Part shown: in pieces, positions 12,386 through 26,139 of the stretch
Layout of the letters: the number at the start of each line of letters is the position of its first letter
How positions within the stretch are numbered: the stretch's first letter is position 1
The notes under the pieces: generated by a model
Database searches by the model: none
What the model was told of the DNA's origin: nothing
Seen by the model: the letters and a program-made list of their open reading frames with translations, nothing else
Made by a program: the position numbers and the translations under genes
NCBI RefSeq assembly: GCF_964213995.1
Contig: NC_135804.1
Coordinates: 112,468,001-112,532,000, forward strand
Direction: 5' to 3'
Length of the DNA: 64,000 nt
From: Mustelus asterias
Lineage: Eukaryota

Positions 12386-13689
12386 TGCCCCCGGAGAAGA
12401 AATTCATGCCAATCTGATTCACAACTGGACAAACCTGGCATGCACATGGCAAGAGGACAGCGGGCATCTAGCCAAGAAGCCGCAGGCTGGAGCGCCACAG
12501 GCCCACACAATCCCAGGTATGGCCCATGTTGAGAAGATGACTGGAGGGTTGATGGGAGACACGGGATGGGGCCGTGGGGGGCAAATGGAGTGGATGAGGA
12601 TGGGTGCAGGAAGACATGGGGCTGGAATGTGAGCAGGAAGGCCTGAGCGACGGGGAGTTGTTCAGGGGGAGGGGTCAATGCTGAAGTCTTGTGTGGTGAA
12701 GCAAGGGTGTTCGGTGGTGGGAAGGAACTGTGAGGGGGGGGCAGTGGGCTGTAGTAGGGCGAGAAGGTGAGGGTTTGTATGTCGTGGGAGTTGTTCTTAT
12801 TGGGGGTTCATTCCTGGGATGTGAATCAATCTGGGGAGTGGGCAGGGTTAGGGTGGGCATGTGAACTGCAGGCCCAGCAGGGAGGGAAGGCACTATGGTG
12901 ATGTTCAAGGGTAACTAATGGGAGGCTGAAGGTAACAGCAGGGATATCGATGGAGATGATTCATATGGGATGGGTGACAGGTGGAGGGTAAAAGGTGTGG
13001 AAAATTTGTCTGGAAGGTTGCATGCACCATCCTGAGGCACCAGCAGACCCCGATCCTCAACAGAAAAACTTCTAAATGGGAGGAGGGTCATCTGGTGAGT
13101 GGAGCTGAAGGTCATCTCAACTCGACAACTGAAAGAGAACTCTGATAATATAGCCTGACAAGACAAAAGTCTCTCCACAGCCATGCTGGGCAACCTAGGC
13201 TAGTGAGTGGGCCATATGAGTGGCACCCCCTTCATCTGTAGGCTTGTTCACTCGCCATGACCCCCATGAATAAGATTAGATAGACACCAAATATTTCAGA
13301 ACAAGTTATAGAAAATGCTTAATAATGTACACACTAATAGAACTATCATAGACTTTGAATGTTAAAAGCAAAAATTGATACTTTGGATGCAGAGGAAATG
13401 CATGGCTCCCAATGTCGTGTGCAATCAGCATGCACTTCACTTCACTTCTTGCTTTAAGTGCGTATCACTTCAGTCATATCAATAGTAAAAAATCTATGTG
13501 GATGGAAATCAGTGGAACTAGCAATCCAGCACATGGGCAACAGTCAAAAAATTGTCTCAAGGGCTGCCAACTTGGCAGCCTGCTGTTGAAGCTATTTGAG
13601 AGGCCGGGTCTTGGGCATGCTCACTCCCATCATCTCCCTCTCATCTGTTGTGCACTGTCTTCTCTTGCAGAAGGATAGGCAGGTGGATT

Positions 13690-14270
13690 GTGAGGACTTC
13701 TGGTGCAGGAGCAGGTCGCATGCTGCTAATTCTGTAGCTAATATGTGATCTCCATACTCCCCAAAGCCTGCCACCCTTCGCAAGGCACAAGTGAGGAGTT
13801 TGAGGGAATACAATCCAGTTGCTTGGATAAATGTAGCACCAACAGCACTCAGGAAGATGAACACCATTCAGGATGAAGCAAGCCGCTTGATTTGACATCC
13901 CATCCAGCACCCTGAACATTCAGTCCCTCCATCACCGACCCATAGTGGCAACTGTGTGAGTGCTGTGTGAAATGTGCACGGCTGCCAGTTTTCAAGGCTA
14001 TTTCGGCAGTTCCCTCCAGACCCGCAAACTCTACAGGTAAAAGGTTAGGAGGATCAGAAGCATAGCATCAGCAGCATCTGCAAAATTGCTCTCTCCTCTA
14101 ACCTCTCCTCCCCTTCACAGTGTTTCTCCCTTCATGTGGCTGGCTCAGAAACCCACAGGTACCTCCCTACCACAGACAGCAGTGAGGGAATGAGGCAGCC
14201 CAGCACCTTCTCCAGGATTTCTAGGGATAGGTAACACAGATGCTGGCCTTGCTATTGACATCCACGACAC
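13690..14270 (+). mobile_element. L2-type LINE 3' fragment
   Basis: Reverse-complement similarity to 51600-51995 (AWINVAPTALRKMNTIQDEA) and tail AGGGATAGGTAAC..ATGCTGGCCTTGC. Confidence 0.7.
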
Positions 14271-14323
14271 ATGCCAGATTTAGAAGAATGTTGGGACGAG
14301 TTTAGAGTAGCAGCTTTACTTAC

Positions 14324-14650
14324 CCTGGCGGCACAGATTAAATAATTCATCCATTTCCTGATCCTCCTCTGCACCTGTCGAGCACTGACCACCCCCGGCG
14401 ACTTCCTCCAGGCAGTGTTAGATGTGTGGGCTGCTGTTCCCATCCCTGGGAAAGAGGATGTTCCCCCCTGTCCTCCAACGGTCCGGAGGAGAGTCTCCAG
14501 GGAGGCATCAGTGAAAGGTGGGGCCGGTGCTTGGTGCTTTCTCGAGGCTGCCTCAGTGCCTTGATGTTCTGACGTGCCCAATCACTGGCTGTCTGGGTGT
14601 CTTTTAAATATGGCACTTGGACATAATGGTGGGGCATGTGACTTCCTGCT
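14324..14650 (-). pseudogene. Decayed Myb/SANT-like (Harbinger-type) first exon
   Basis: APPFTDASLETLLRTV...AW...VVSA..QRRIRKWMNYLICAAR, followed by the donor GTAAGT. Confidence 0.7.
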
Positions 14651-14750
14651 CGTCCCACCACAAGACAGAACTTACTCAGGACCAGAAAAGTTTGGGCCAA
14701 AAAGTCTTGCAAATGGCACGCACTTCTTGTGCACCTCATTATTTCTCAGT

Positions 14751-14911
14751 GATTTGATTTGATTTATTATTGTCACATGTATTGGTATGCAGTGAAATGT
14801 ATTGTATCTTGCACGCTATACAGACAACATACTGTTCATAGAGTATATAGGGGAGAAGGAAAGGAGAGGGTGCAGAATGTACTGTTACAGTCATAGCTAG
14901 GGTGTAGAGAA
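14751..14911 (-). mobile_element. Rex1/Babar 3' terminus
   Basis: Near-identical to 1863-2010. Confidence 0.85.
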
Positions 14912-15554
14912 GTGTCACAGTGTCACAGACATAAGCAATGCTTTGTTTGTCAGCGTTTTTAATAAAAAAATTTACATTTACACTCAGTTGACTGACTCAG
15001 TGGACGAGCTGCATGTCAAAACTGAAGAGAGAGCAAATGTATGATTCAAAAAAGGTAGAAAACTGTCAATTAAAATCTACTAATAACTTGTGGAGACAAT
15101 AACTCCTACATAATGATGCAAGAGAACCTCCCAATATATGAAGGAAAAAGTGAACTGATCAAATCATTTTTGAAAAGCTCTCCATCTACCATTTTCCTCT
15201 CATTAACTGATATTTCTAATGCACAAAAGAATGGCATCTTTCACAATAATATGATTACATTTATCAGTGAATTGTCTTTTAATGCTTTTGTTAAAGCTTT
15301 GATTTGTCTCCAGTATCTTGCGTTTTGACTGTATATATCTCAGCAGAATAGAGAATTTCCAAGTGCACCAGGATATTCTGAACAGGTAGAGTTTGCAGAA
15401 TTTCCTGGCTTCTATCAGTATGATTCCTCTTAGGAGAGGGTGCCTCTCCTCATTTAGTGAGTGCATTTCTGACCTTGTGTTTTCTTCCAGAATAATTTTA
15501 AATGATGTGGAGGTTGAAATTTCAAAGCTTTACTCCTGGAAAGTCTCATATTTA

Positions 15555-15752
15555 GGCTGGAATTTTCCAGCCTCTCCCCGCCCACCCCGCTCCCTCGCGA
15601 CGGAGGTGACGAACCATTGGCCACCGGCCATTCCCTTCCAGCTCACGTCTACAGCATTTTGCATGGCTCGCCCATCCTGCCTCCGGGAATACCGCAGTGG
15701 GTCGACTTTGGTGAGTCCGGAAGATCCCACTGGCTGGAAGGAAAATCCCGCC
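15555..15752. mobile_element. Harbinger-type MITE (198 bp)
   Basis: TIRs GGCTGGAATTTTCC / GGAAAATCCCGCC with TSD TTA on both sides. Confidence 0.8.
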
Positions 15753-15777
15753 TTAACTTGGTATAGATTTCAAGAAT

Positions 15778-17320
15778 ATTTTTATTGTAAGTTTTCCATT
15801 TTACATTTGCCACAAAATGCAACAACTCCCTAAAAACTAGTGCAGTAGAGTAACCATTATTCCACATAAACATACAGAAAAGAAAAGTGAATATTCACAT
15901 GATTCCAATTATCAATCATTGCACTCATAGTAATCAACATCACCTTTCATACAGATAAAGAAAGGATACAAGGAAGAATATGGGATCGTAGGATAACAGG
16001 ATACAATCATAAATACATGGCCCATGGTTCACACCCTCCTCGACAGGATAACAGAGACAGAACTACACAATATACAGGATCCCTGTGGGATAATATACAG
16101 CCAACAGGGGCCCACCTCAGCATCCCAGGACCTCAAAACAATGTAAGCATAACCCAGAAAAAGGGAAACCTCAGGATACTGTCATCAGTACAGGATGTGG
16201 TGTGGCAGTGTACACTCTCATATACAGGAACCAGTGAGCCAAGGATTCGTACACCTCACCGAGGCTCGCAACATTACAAATCTCTCTCCTCTCCAGCCAT
16301 AACAGAGGGACCAATCAGGCTCACTATCACCGGAAAATTTAAACCATTTTCCACCAAGGAAACCCCACTAACAAGGAGAAGAAGAATTGTCAAGACACCC
16401 ATCAATGGGATATCCTTCCAACAAAATAAGGAAAACCCTCAAGGATTAATTATAACAAATCAGAGCTTATATCGACATCCCACCTACCTGGATAAAGAAA
16501 GGAAGCCCCAAAGAGAGGAGCATCATCCAATAGATGCCAGGGGTAGTTTTTCTGCATACTCTTTTGCAGGAAGGATAACAGAACAGCACAGCTTCACAAG
16601 TACAAGGCAACCCCCTCCAACGAAGACAGCATAAGGCCAGTAGTCACAGTCTTCGACTAACCCCAGGCCTCGAAGGTCAGATACAATGTGCTTCGTCGAA
16701 CTCGAGACACCCAGCCCTCAATTCAAGATCGTGAAAACATGGCAGCCAATTCTCAAACTCAGCGGATAATTCATTCCCAGTCCTTCTCAGAAGACCGGGC
16801 GCACAGATACTACTTCTCCAGTCCTGTCTCCCTAAGTGAACCAGGATGTACGACACACCACGCAGCTGGATTTCCAAGGATTGAAGGTGAGCCTTCACCA
16901 AGGAAACTGCCCTCTCCACCAAACCTCTTCTCCACTTTATCCATTCTCTTTATCATATCTTGCAGGCCCTCAAAATGAGCACCAAAAATCAGTGCTGGGG
17001 AGCTGAGACCGTCATCCACACTTTCGCTCATAATGGCGGTCATATCTCGATGTGAACAGCTTCACTGAAGAATAGGCCCGCTCACCCAGTGAAACCACCA
17101 CTGCAAACTGAGCCTCCCCTGGCCATCTCCAACTGCCTCGATCAAACAAGGGTTTTCTTGACTTAACTCAGCTATCCTTCACCAAACTTTAACCAGAATC
17201 TTCCAGGAGCATAACACAGATTATACACATCTGAATCAGGTAATTACAGGTGTGCATCAGAATAATCAGGATTAAAAGAAGAGTAGCACAAGAGCTCACA
17301 AAAATGCAACCACACCCCAA
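15778..17320 (-). mobile_element. L1-like element with decayed ORF1 and no recognisable ORF2
   Basis: ORF1p-like remnant (coiled coil DMIKRMDKVEKR; GRQDWRSSICAPGL..AEFENWLP..LEFDEAH, resembling SRRNNIRIVGLPE..FFENWLP..ELERAH). 3' end TGTAAAATGGAAAA..CAATAAAAATATT. Confidence 0.7.
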
Positions 17321-17875
17321 TTTTGTATATATTAACAACTGACCCTTTACTATTATAAAACACTGAGGTAGACACTTGAGATTAACACATGTGATTAGCA
17401 TCACCTGGAATTTATTCCCTGTATTTTCCTGCTCAGTCCTTTTTTTGAATACTGGCAGATACTGACTATTCCCAATGACTCCTACCTCTCCTGGATATCG
17501 CTGGACCCTTCCAGAAAACAGCTCCACAAACCCTTGCCCCTTTCCACATCTTCCACGTGCTCACAAATCATTATGCTGCATTTCTAATGCTCTATCTGGG
17601 ACCAAGTCTAATGCGATCATATCTTGGGGTCTCCATCTCACCATTCAGAACATAAGACCATAGAAATAGGAACAGGAGTAGGCTGTTTGGCCCCTTGAGC
17701 CTGCTCTGCCTTTCAATAGGATCTTGGTTGATCCAACACTCTTCATGTTCACTTTTCTGCCCTTTCCCCTTCATTCCCTAACTGATCAAATATCTATCTC
17801 GGCCTTAAATATACACAAGGATTCTGTACCCACAGTTCTCTTTGGAACAAGGAGTTCCAAAGCCTCACAACCCTC

Positions 17876-19007
17876 TGTTATGGTTCAGGTCAGAAACTCC
17901 AAAGTGTTTTATGGAGCCCGCCTGGATCATAAGTTTTGGATCTTGAATTTGGCTAGGATAAGCATGATGGGTGGTAAGATGGCACAGTAGTTAGCACTGC
18001 TGCCTCTCAGTGCCAGGGACCTGGGTTCAATTCCCGGCTTGGGTCACTGTCTGTGTGGAGTTTGCACGTTCTCCCCGTGTCTGTGTGGGTTTCCTCCGGG
18101 CGCTCCGGTTTCCTCCCACAGTCTGAAAAATGTGCTGGTTAGGTGGATTGACCTGAACAGATGCTGGAGTGTGGCCACTGGGGGATTTCACAGTAACTTC
18201 ATTGCAGTGTTAATGTAAGCCTTACTTGTGACCAATAAATAAACTTTACTTTTACTTTATGATAGGTTTCATTTCAGGTATGATTCAAATGACTCAATAG
18301 GAAGCTTTTATCAAAGTTTATTTAAGGATATAGTTAAAATGTATTTTAAGAATATTAGCAATAATATCTATCAATTACAAACAACATCAAAACAACCACG
18401 ATAATGTATAACCTTTAACAAATACAGGAGCTGTCCCAATCAAACCAATCCCATAAACAAAACCCTTCAAACAGGTTTAAATAGCATAGACTAATGCTCA
18501 CGTGATACTGGAATGGAGTCCTTTGGATGAAGTCTCTAGTTCTCTGGATAAACTCAGAACAGTTTGAAGTCAGAACAGTTTCCCAAAACACCAGGGACTC
18601 TAGGCAAGCCACCCACAGCAGATTCCCCCCTTCAGAAAGGCAAGACCTTGCTTTCAGATGACCAGCAGAATTTCCAAAACCAGGGAGAGGGAGAGAAACA
18701 CTACTTTCCATCTTAATGTCCTTTCCAAAACCAAACTAAACAGCAGCTCAAACTGAAACGAAAGATCTCCTGTCATCTGACCTGCCAGCCAGTTTTTCTT
18801 CTACCAGTGCAGAGTCATAAACATTCCAGTTAAAATAAACAAACCCCTGTTTAAGCAGCAATAAAAAGACTCCTGCAGACAAACCAGTGCCATAATGAGA
18901 AAATAACTGAAGTCAAAAGGCCTGCTTACATCTGTAGAAGATGATTTAGAAATGATAGAAATAAAAAATAGAAAATGATTTAGAAATAAAGGTACACTAA
19001 CATCACA
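17876..19007 (-). mobile_element. Solo LTR with 4-bp TSD (CCTC)
   Basis: TG...CA ends with CCTC at 17872-17875 and 19008-19011; related to the LTR at 7772. Confidence 0.9.
17969..18258 (+). mobile_element. HE1-head SINE (Rex1-like tail) nested in LTR
   Basis: Family match; ATGAT on both flanks. Confidence 0.9.
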
Positions 19008-19443
19008 CCTCTGAGGGAAGAAATTCCTCCTCATCTCAGTCTTAAATTGGCACCCCTTTATTCTGAGACTATGCCCTGTGTTCCGAGACTCTCCCATCAG
19101 GGGAGCATTTACCCTATCAAGCCACTTAAGAATTTGATGTGATTTAATGCAATCACCTTTCATTCTTCTAAATTCCAATGAGTAAAGTCCCAACCTGTTT
19201 AACCTTTCCTCATAAGACAATCCCTCCACATTGAGGTGTGGGGCATTTGGACAGATCTGCTCCTGGCATTAAAAATTTAGAACTATTTTCGGAATCACTT
19301 CTATGCGCACATTGTAATATATGTATACCAATATAAAGTTGGTGGTAGTTTATTTGTACTTGTTTGATTAGCATTTGAAGTTATGTTCATCCTAGTGAAC
19401 CTTCTCCAAGGTTCTCCAATGAAATAATATCTATTCTTAAATA

Positions 19444-19766
19444 TGAGATGGAGATGCCGGTGTTGGACTGGGCACAGTGAGAAGTCGCACAACACCAGGT
19501 TAAAGTCAAAAAGGTTTATTTGGAATCACAAACTTTCGGAGTGCTTCATCAGGTGAGTGGAGGTAGATTCACAAACACGGCATATATAGGCAAAGACACA
19601 ATTGCAAGATAATTACAGACTGGAATTGGATAGAGCTCTGATGAAGAATCATCTCGACTCAAAACGTTGGCTCTATTCTCTCCCCACAGGTGCTGTCAGG
19701 CCTGCTGAGATTTTCCAGCATTTTCTGTTTTTGTTTCAGATTCCAGGAAACGCAGTATTTTGCTTT
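19444..19766. mobile_element. Penelope-like terminal fragments in inverted arrangement, with hammerhead-like motif
   Basis: GGAGATGCCGG..CAACACCAGGTTAAAGTC start; AGAGCT CTGATGA..GACTC AAAA CGTT GGCTCT at ~19632-19673. Confidence 0.75.
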
Positions 19767-21295
19767 TCCCTTTCATGAAGCCATGTTGACTCTGTTTGAT
19801 TAGATTATGATTTTCCAAATGTGCTGCTATTACTTCCTTAACAATTGATTCCAACATTTTAGATATTAGTCTAATTGGCTTATTGTTACCTGATTTTTGC
19901 CTCCCTCCCTTTTTGAATAGAGGTGTCACATTGGCAGTTTTCCAATCCTCTGGTGCTTCTCCAGAATCCAAGGCTTTTTGGAAAATTGCAACCAATGCAT
20001 CCACTCCCTCTCTAGCTACTTATTTTAGGATCCTAGGATGCAAACCATCAGGGCCAGGGGATCTATCTATTATTAGCCCCATTAGTTTGTCTAATACTTC
20101 TCTAGTGATGGTGATGGTACTTAATTCCTCCCCTGTATTTTTTAGTATTAATGGGATGTTCGAAGTAACTTCCACCGTAAAATATCTGTTTAACTCCTCT
20201 ACCATTTCCTTGTGCCCCATAACTGAATGGTCTTGTTAGCTACAGACAGCATGGTTTTGTACATGGGAGGTCGTGTTTCACTAATTTAATTGAGTTTTTT
20301 GAGGAGGTGACAAAAATAATTGACGAGGGAAGGGCTGTGGATGTTGTCTACATGGACTTTAGTAAGGCATTTGACAAGGTCCCTCATGGCAGGCTGATGC
20401 AGAAGATTAAATCTCACGGGATCAGCGGTGAACTAGCTAGATGGATCCAGAACTGGCTTGGCCATAGAAGACAGAGGGTCACGGTGAAAGGGTGTTTTTC
20501 TGAATGGAAGTCTGTAACTAGGGGTGTTCCACAGGGATCAGTGCTGGGACCTCTGTTGTTTGTAATATATATAAATGACTTGGAAGAAAACATAGCTGGT
20601 CTGATTAGCAAGTTTGCGGATGATACTAAGATTGGTGGAGTTGTGGATAGTGATTGTCAGAGAATACAGCAGGATATAGATAGACTGGAAAATTGGATGG
20701 AGAAATGGCAGATAGAATTTAATCCGGACAAATGTGAGGTGATGCATTTTGGTAGATCCAATTCAGGTGGGAGCTATAAAATAAATGGCAGAACAATCAG
20801 GAGAGATTGAATAAACTGGGATTGTTCTCCCTGGAAAGATGGAGGCTGAGGGACGCCCTGATAGAAGTTTATAAAATGATGAGAGGTATAGGTAGGGTGA
20901 ACAGTTGGAAGTTTTTCCAAGGGCGGAAATGACAATTACAAGGGGGCACAAGTTCAAGATAAGGGGGAAAAGGTTCAGTGGAGATATGCAGGGGAAGCTT
21001 TTTATACAGAGGGCGGTGGGGGTTTGGAATACATTGCCAAGTGAGGTGGTTGAGGCAGTTATGTGAGCCACATTTAAGGCTTATCTTGATAGGCATGTGA
21101 ACTAATGGGGAATAAAGGGAGATAGGCGGTTGGTTTAGTTAGGTAAACGTGATCGGTTCAGGCTTGGAGGGCCGAAGGGCCTGTTCCTGTGCTGTGCTGT
21201 TCTTTGTTCTATAACAATCTCCTTAGATTCATTTTCTAAGGAGCCAATGTTCACTTTGACCTCCCTCTTCCTTTTTGTATATTTAAAGAAGCCCT
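19767..21295 (-). mobile_element. CR1 ORF2 fragment interrupted by an opposite-strand CR1
   Basis: ORFs 19696..20004 (PEDWKTANVTPLFKKG..SQHGFMKGKS) and 20020..20220 (SPGPDGLHPRILK); resumes at ~21212. Confidence 0.85.
20240..21210 (+). mobile_element. CR1 LINE fragment with internal deletion
   Basis: ORF 20307..20810 (DFSKAFDKVPH, GVPQGSVLGP, KFADDTK) jumps to the ORF2 C-terminus at ~20800; CR1 tail present. Confidence 0.95.
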
Positions 21296-21301
21296 TCAAC
21301 A

Positions 21302-21641
21302 TGGAATCATAGAATCCCTACAGTGCAGATGAGGACATTCGGCCCATCAGGTCTGCGCTGACTGTTAGAGTATCTTATTCAGGCCCTCCCCCCTGCCCTA
21401 TCCCTGTAACCCCGTGCATTTACAATGGCTAATCCATCTTTGGACACTAAGGGGCAATTTAGCATGGCCAATTCAGCTAACCTGCACATCTTTGGACTGT
21501 GGGAGGAAATCGAAAGAAACCCACCCAGACATGAGGAGAAATGTGCAAACTCCACACAGACAGCCACCCAAGGCTGGAATTGAATCCGGGTCCCTGGCGC
21601 TGTGAGACAGCAGTGCTAACCACTGTGCCACCATGCCACCC
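21302..21641 (-). mobile_element. HE1 SINE with CR1-like tail
   Basis: Same architecture as 1071. Confidence 0.9.
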
Positions 21642-23479
21642 TTACTATCTTTTTAGTGCTCTGCAGTTCTTACTGTAGGACTTCCTTCCCAGTGCAATAC
21701 TTCCATAAACCGTGATTCTACTTTCAGCATCTCTCATCCCAAGTCTTCTCCTTGTGCTCTCTGTAGAATTCTTCTCTGCAGTATTTTCAAGACTCCCTCC
21801 CAGTGCTGTCAAACCACCTTATAATCACTATCAAAACTTTGCTGGATAGTAACTTTATTCCAATACTGCTGGCCTCCAAACTCCATTCCCAGTTCCCGAA
21901 TCTGCCTCCAATGCTGGTAAATCAGTGTCACTAATACCACTATTCGATTTAACACTCCTCTTCCTATTGGATCTTTGATTCAATGTGAACAGTACACTAA
22001 GAGACTTGCTAAAGATACAAATGAAAATCTTGCTTATCACATTGCACCATCACACACTCCCTTCAGCACAGCTCAGTCACAGCTAGAAATGGGCAAATTT
22101 AGTCCGAATGTCAGCCTTGACTTTTCACTTTTTTAAGCAGCTGCATAAAACCATGAACAAGTAAGTTGGAATAATTTTAAAGCTGCAAGTTAAATGGAAA
22201 ATTAAAATTTTTTTAACAATGTTTCTTACAATTTGGAGGCTTTATATTTTCTATTTGAGATCTTGCGATGTGTCTGGTTAGTGCATCAGCAGTTAATGCC
22301 TTCACCCACCAGGGATGCTATTCAGCTAAAGATGAACAGATTTATATTCTGGTGTGTACTGTGCTTTTGATATTCCAGCTACATCAACAACCTTTTGTAG
22401 CAGAGTCTATATTGCAGAATCAAATGCATATCCTCTTCTGCTTCGCTGGGATTCACGCTTGGTTTTCTGTCAAGATTATTAACTGATAATATTTTATGCT
22501 AGTTAACAGCTTTAATTAAGTGATCCATATAGCCACAGATCACTAGACCTGTGACTTTCAGGATGAATGTCAGCCTTTGATAATGTTAAAAACCATCAAA
22601 CTCTCATGCACCGAGTTTGAACATTTTTTTTCAGTTGAGCTTGTACATGGATCACTGTGCAGCAGCTGCAAGGCAACTTAGCTCAAAAGAAGTGATGTGA
22701 ATTGTCAAGATAAATCCAGTCTGAAAGAGTTAGATGATTATTGGTGCACCTGTACAGAAAACCACCAGCTAAAGAAGGAATGTTGACTGAAGGAAACAGC
22801 AGTGTGCTTGCATAATTATAAAGTTATGATTCCTGAATTATGTTCAATCAATCAGCGCTGGCCTATAATTTTTATAACCAAGCCATTGTACCTAATTGAT
22901 TCAATTATTCAGAAGAGGATAACAGAGAGACAGAGAGCAATATATCCAATGTTTAATTTCTAGTTTCCTACAACACATACTATAAAGTGAATAAATTATT
23001 CTGAAGGGTTTATTAATAGCTTCCTGTAGTGAAATGAATTCTGATAAATGATAGGACATATTATTTTGAGAAGTAGGAAGCTACACATAATTAGTCACAA
23101 GACTAAATCCATTGGCAAATACTAGCCCAGCTGATTTGGGGAATTTGTCATTGCATTGTAAGGTAGCCATCCACAATCCGAGCTTTCCCCCGACACGTTA
23201 TAACTGCAAATTCCTGACGGTGGAAACGAATGAAAATTGTTGACATAATCAATACAAACAACCGTACAAAAATCTTTACTACAATAAATGGGTTGCACAA
23301 TTTAAGGAGATTCACTGACATCATCACCATTATATTTTTCCTGATCGTTACTGTGGGGTTGAGGATTTGCAAAGTTTCATAATTGAAGCTCGCAAATGAT
23401 CCACACTTAATATAGAAGGGCAGGAGGCTGATTATAATATTTTAATCTATTTAAATTGTGATTAAAATATTATTAATGG

Positions 23480-23953
23480 GTTCAGGATGCAATCATCCAG
23501 GTTCATTTGCCTTAGCGGCTCGCCGGTGAATGTCCTCACCGGCAAGGGTCACGTATGGTCCCCTCAATGGGGACTTGATGTGATGGCCTCACCAGGAGGA
23601 CCAGGGGCCATTGAGTCCACCCCCCCTCCCTCCAGTGGCCGGGGGCAGTGGAGAGCAGTGCACCTTGGGTAGTGCCAGCCTGGGAACCTGGCAGTGTACA
23701 CCGGGCACCCTGGCACTGACCACTGGACACTGTGCCAGAGGGGGAAGGGCCTAAGGAGTTGGGGCCATGTTGGGGCAAGGGCCTAAGGAGAGGTGGGCAG
23801 GGGAAGCTGTGCACTTTGCAACCAGGCATTGACTGGGGTGGGGGCGAGGGGGGGAAAGCTGGGCACTCTGCAACTGGCAATCAGTCGGTGGTGAGCAGGG
23901 GGCAATATCCCGTTCTCGTTCAGCATTTAGAATTTTTTGGTAAGATAGCCCCC
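23480..23953. mobile_element. Harbinger-like non-autonomous remnant
   Basis: GC-rich, with GGCA(C/G)TG / GTGCCAG motif cluster. Right end TAAGATAGCCCC resembles the end at ~62624. Confidence 0.5.
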
Positions 23954-26139
23954 AGAGAGTTTCATCAAAGCAACATCTTTAATTGAGGATGAGAAGAAGA
24001 TTACTTTAAATCTCAAGAAAAATTTCTAAGTTAAGAGAAACTAACCAACCATCTAATAACTCTGACAGTGAAAATTCACCTATTGTTTAAGAGTATATTT
24101 TATTTAAAAAATGTAACATTGAGAAACAGAAAAGAGAATGGATGGGCAGTCGACAGAGGAGAAAAGAGCCAGGACAAGAGCTGAGGAAAGACTTTGGCCT
24201 AGATATTTGCTTGTGCCCAAAAGCAGATGCACAGGAGGCAGACTGCATGGACCTGTTCATGTGGAGCAGACAGCACACTCAATGTGTGCTGGGATCTCAA
24301 TAAAATGAGCCAATCATACAGCCGGTACCACCTGCACCATTCATCAGTTGCATGCCTATAGGTGGGAAGCTTGAAATTGGGTGCCTCATGCTAGTTAAAG
24401 GCAGCCAGCCGGTCTTAAAGGGGAGGTGCACTCTGACTGTTGTCAGGACATTTTGCCCAAACAGAAGCCCATGCAGAATTCCCAATTTCCACATTATGGC
24501 AATGAAGGAATAGTTCAGTCCAAAATGAGAAAAACCTGTTGAATATCTGGCGATATTACCTAGAACATCTACTCATACTCATGCACAGGACAGATAGAGC
24601 AAACACAAATGTTAGCTGAGATCTGCAGAACATTCATTGTCAATTTTGTATTGCAACGGTACTTCTTTAAATACAGAACTTCTAGTTATTCTTTCATCAA
24701 AGACTTTAACAGAATCAAAAATTCTCTCTCTGGAAAAAAAATTACAGGTCTATGTGTAAAAACAAGGCTAGGAATATAAATACAAATCTTATTAAGAGTC
24801 TGCCTTTGTGACTTGTTTATATTCATTGAACATGAAAGTCTGATTGGGAACTGGTTTATTTTGAGTTGGAAGGATAGGTTTACATCTGATGGGTTCAATA
24901 ATATTTGAGAAATAAATATTCTATTTCCTTGAAATCTGCTTGGTGTAATTGCAGCATCAATCATTGAAGAAAACAGCTCCCTGGCTACCAAGCTTGCTCT
25001 ATGACGAAGTGGTTGTTTAGGAGTCAAGTTTCATAACAACATTTTAAACAGTTCTTTCATTGAGAATCGGTTTACATGGTGGCATGCTCATTGGAGCTAG
25101 ACTGTAAAAACTCTGGAAGGTGAAAAATATTATCAATATTAAAATATTATCAATACTACTATGTCTGTAGAATCAATGTTGATGCATTCTTTTAATTCAT
25201 CTGGCAACTTTTAAAAAATGTTTTCATTCAAACCTATAGTCAATCTAGTCAATCTTCATTTTTATCACAAAGAATAACTTTCCAAAAATAAGCTGTGTCA
25301 GTGATATCCCCAATGATGGGTGTCGCTGGCAAGGCCAGTATTTGTTGCCATTTTGCCATGCTGAACCAATTCCATCATTTCATACCACCCTTCCCATGCC
25401 ATCCCCATCACTCTCTTGCCATGCCCACCCCTCCCATCAATCTCATCCCAGCCCTCATGAAGCAGTCTCTTCAGCCAGGGTAACCTTGATGTTTGGCTTC
25501 CCTACCTTTTCCTGTTTTTAAAAATTTCCACCAACTTCTCCACTCCACCACTGCCGCCACCGTCACCAATCATTAACAGTCACACAAGGGCCACGTGCCC
25601 CAAATCCTCCGTGCACCACACATGCCTTGTGAGCAATAGGCAGCACCTATCACAGAAACCCACCAACAGGTGTGCCCCTTAAACTGACCAATCAAGATAA
25701 ATTCATACAGACAGAAATTGTGTTTATTATGATTCTAGATAGATGAAAAGGCAAAGATTTGTTGTTAGTGAACCAGAGTGTAGTGAGATTCACAGGATGT
25801 TGCATAATAAACTATGCAGCAAAATAGATGAAAGCAAAGGCAATGTGGATCTGTTTAATTTATAAATGTGAAGCACATTGACTGATAGTCCAGCTCATTC
25901 CCAATCTTGTTTTGAATAAAGTGGCAGTACGAAAGTTGAATGAAGACGTGACCTTAACTGTCACTTCCAGTGCCACCCCTTGAAATGGGTTGTCTGCAGA
26001 TTTTCCAGCTGGGTTCCTGATGATTTGAAACCACAAAGTTAGTTGTGTGCAATCACCATTACGTAGTTTGCCAGTGCCAGGGTCTGCAGATGTGTTTGGC
26101 AGCATAATGGCAAGTGTCGTCAGGTGAGTGCTTTTGTTT

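Larger units (their letters stand above)
11540..13260. mobile_element. Harbinger-like remnant carrying two SINE insertions
   Basis: Left end GGCTGGAATTTTCC matches the TIR of the MITE at 15555; G-rich interior; right end not identified. Confidence 0.4.
17646..19230 (-). mobile_element. CR1 3' fragment split by a solo LTR
   Basis: ORF 18801..19229 begins MEGLSYEERLNRLGLYSLEFRR. The CR1 sequence ACAACCCTC|TGAGGGAAGAAATTCC is restored when 17876-19011 is removed. Confidence 0.9.

Noticed and set aside
16017-16634. 205-aa plus-strand ORF
   Set aside because: Antisense to the L1-like element, with no recognisable domain.
25124-25157. 17-bp tandem duplication AAAATATTATCAATA(T/C)T
   Set aside because: Ordinary AT-rich slippage duplication.
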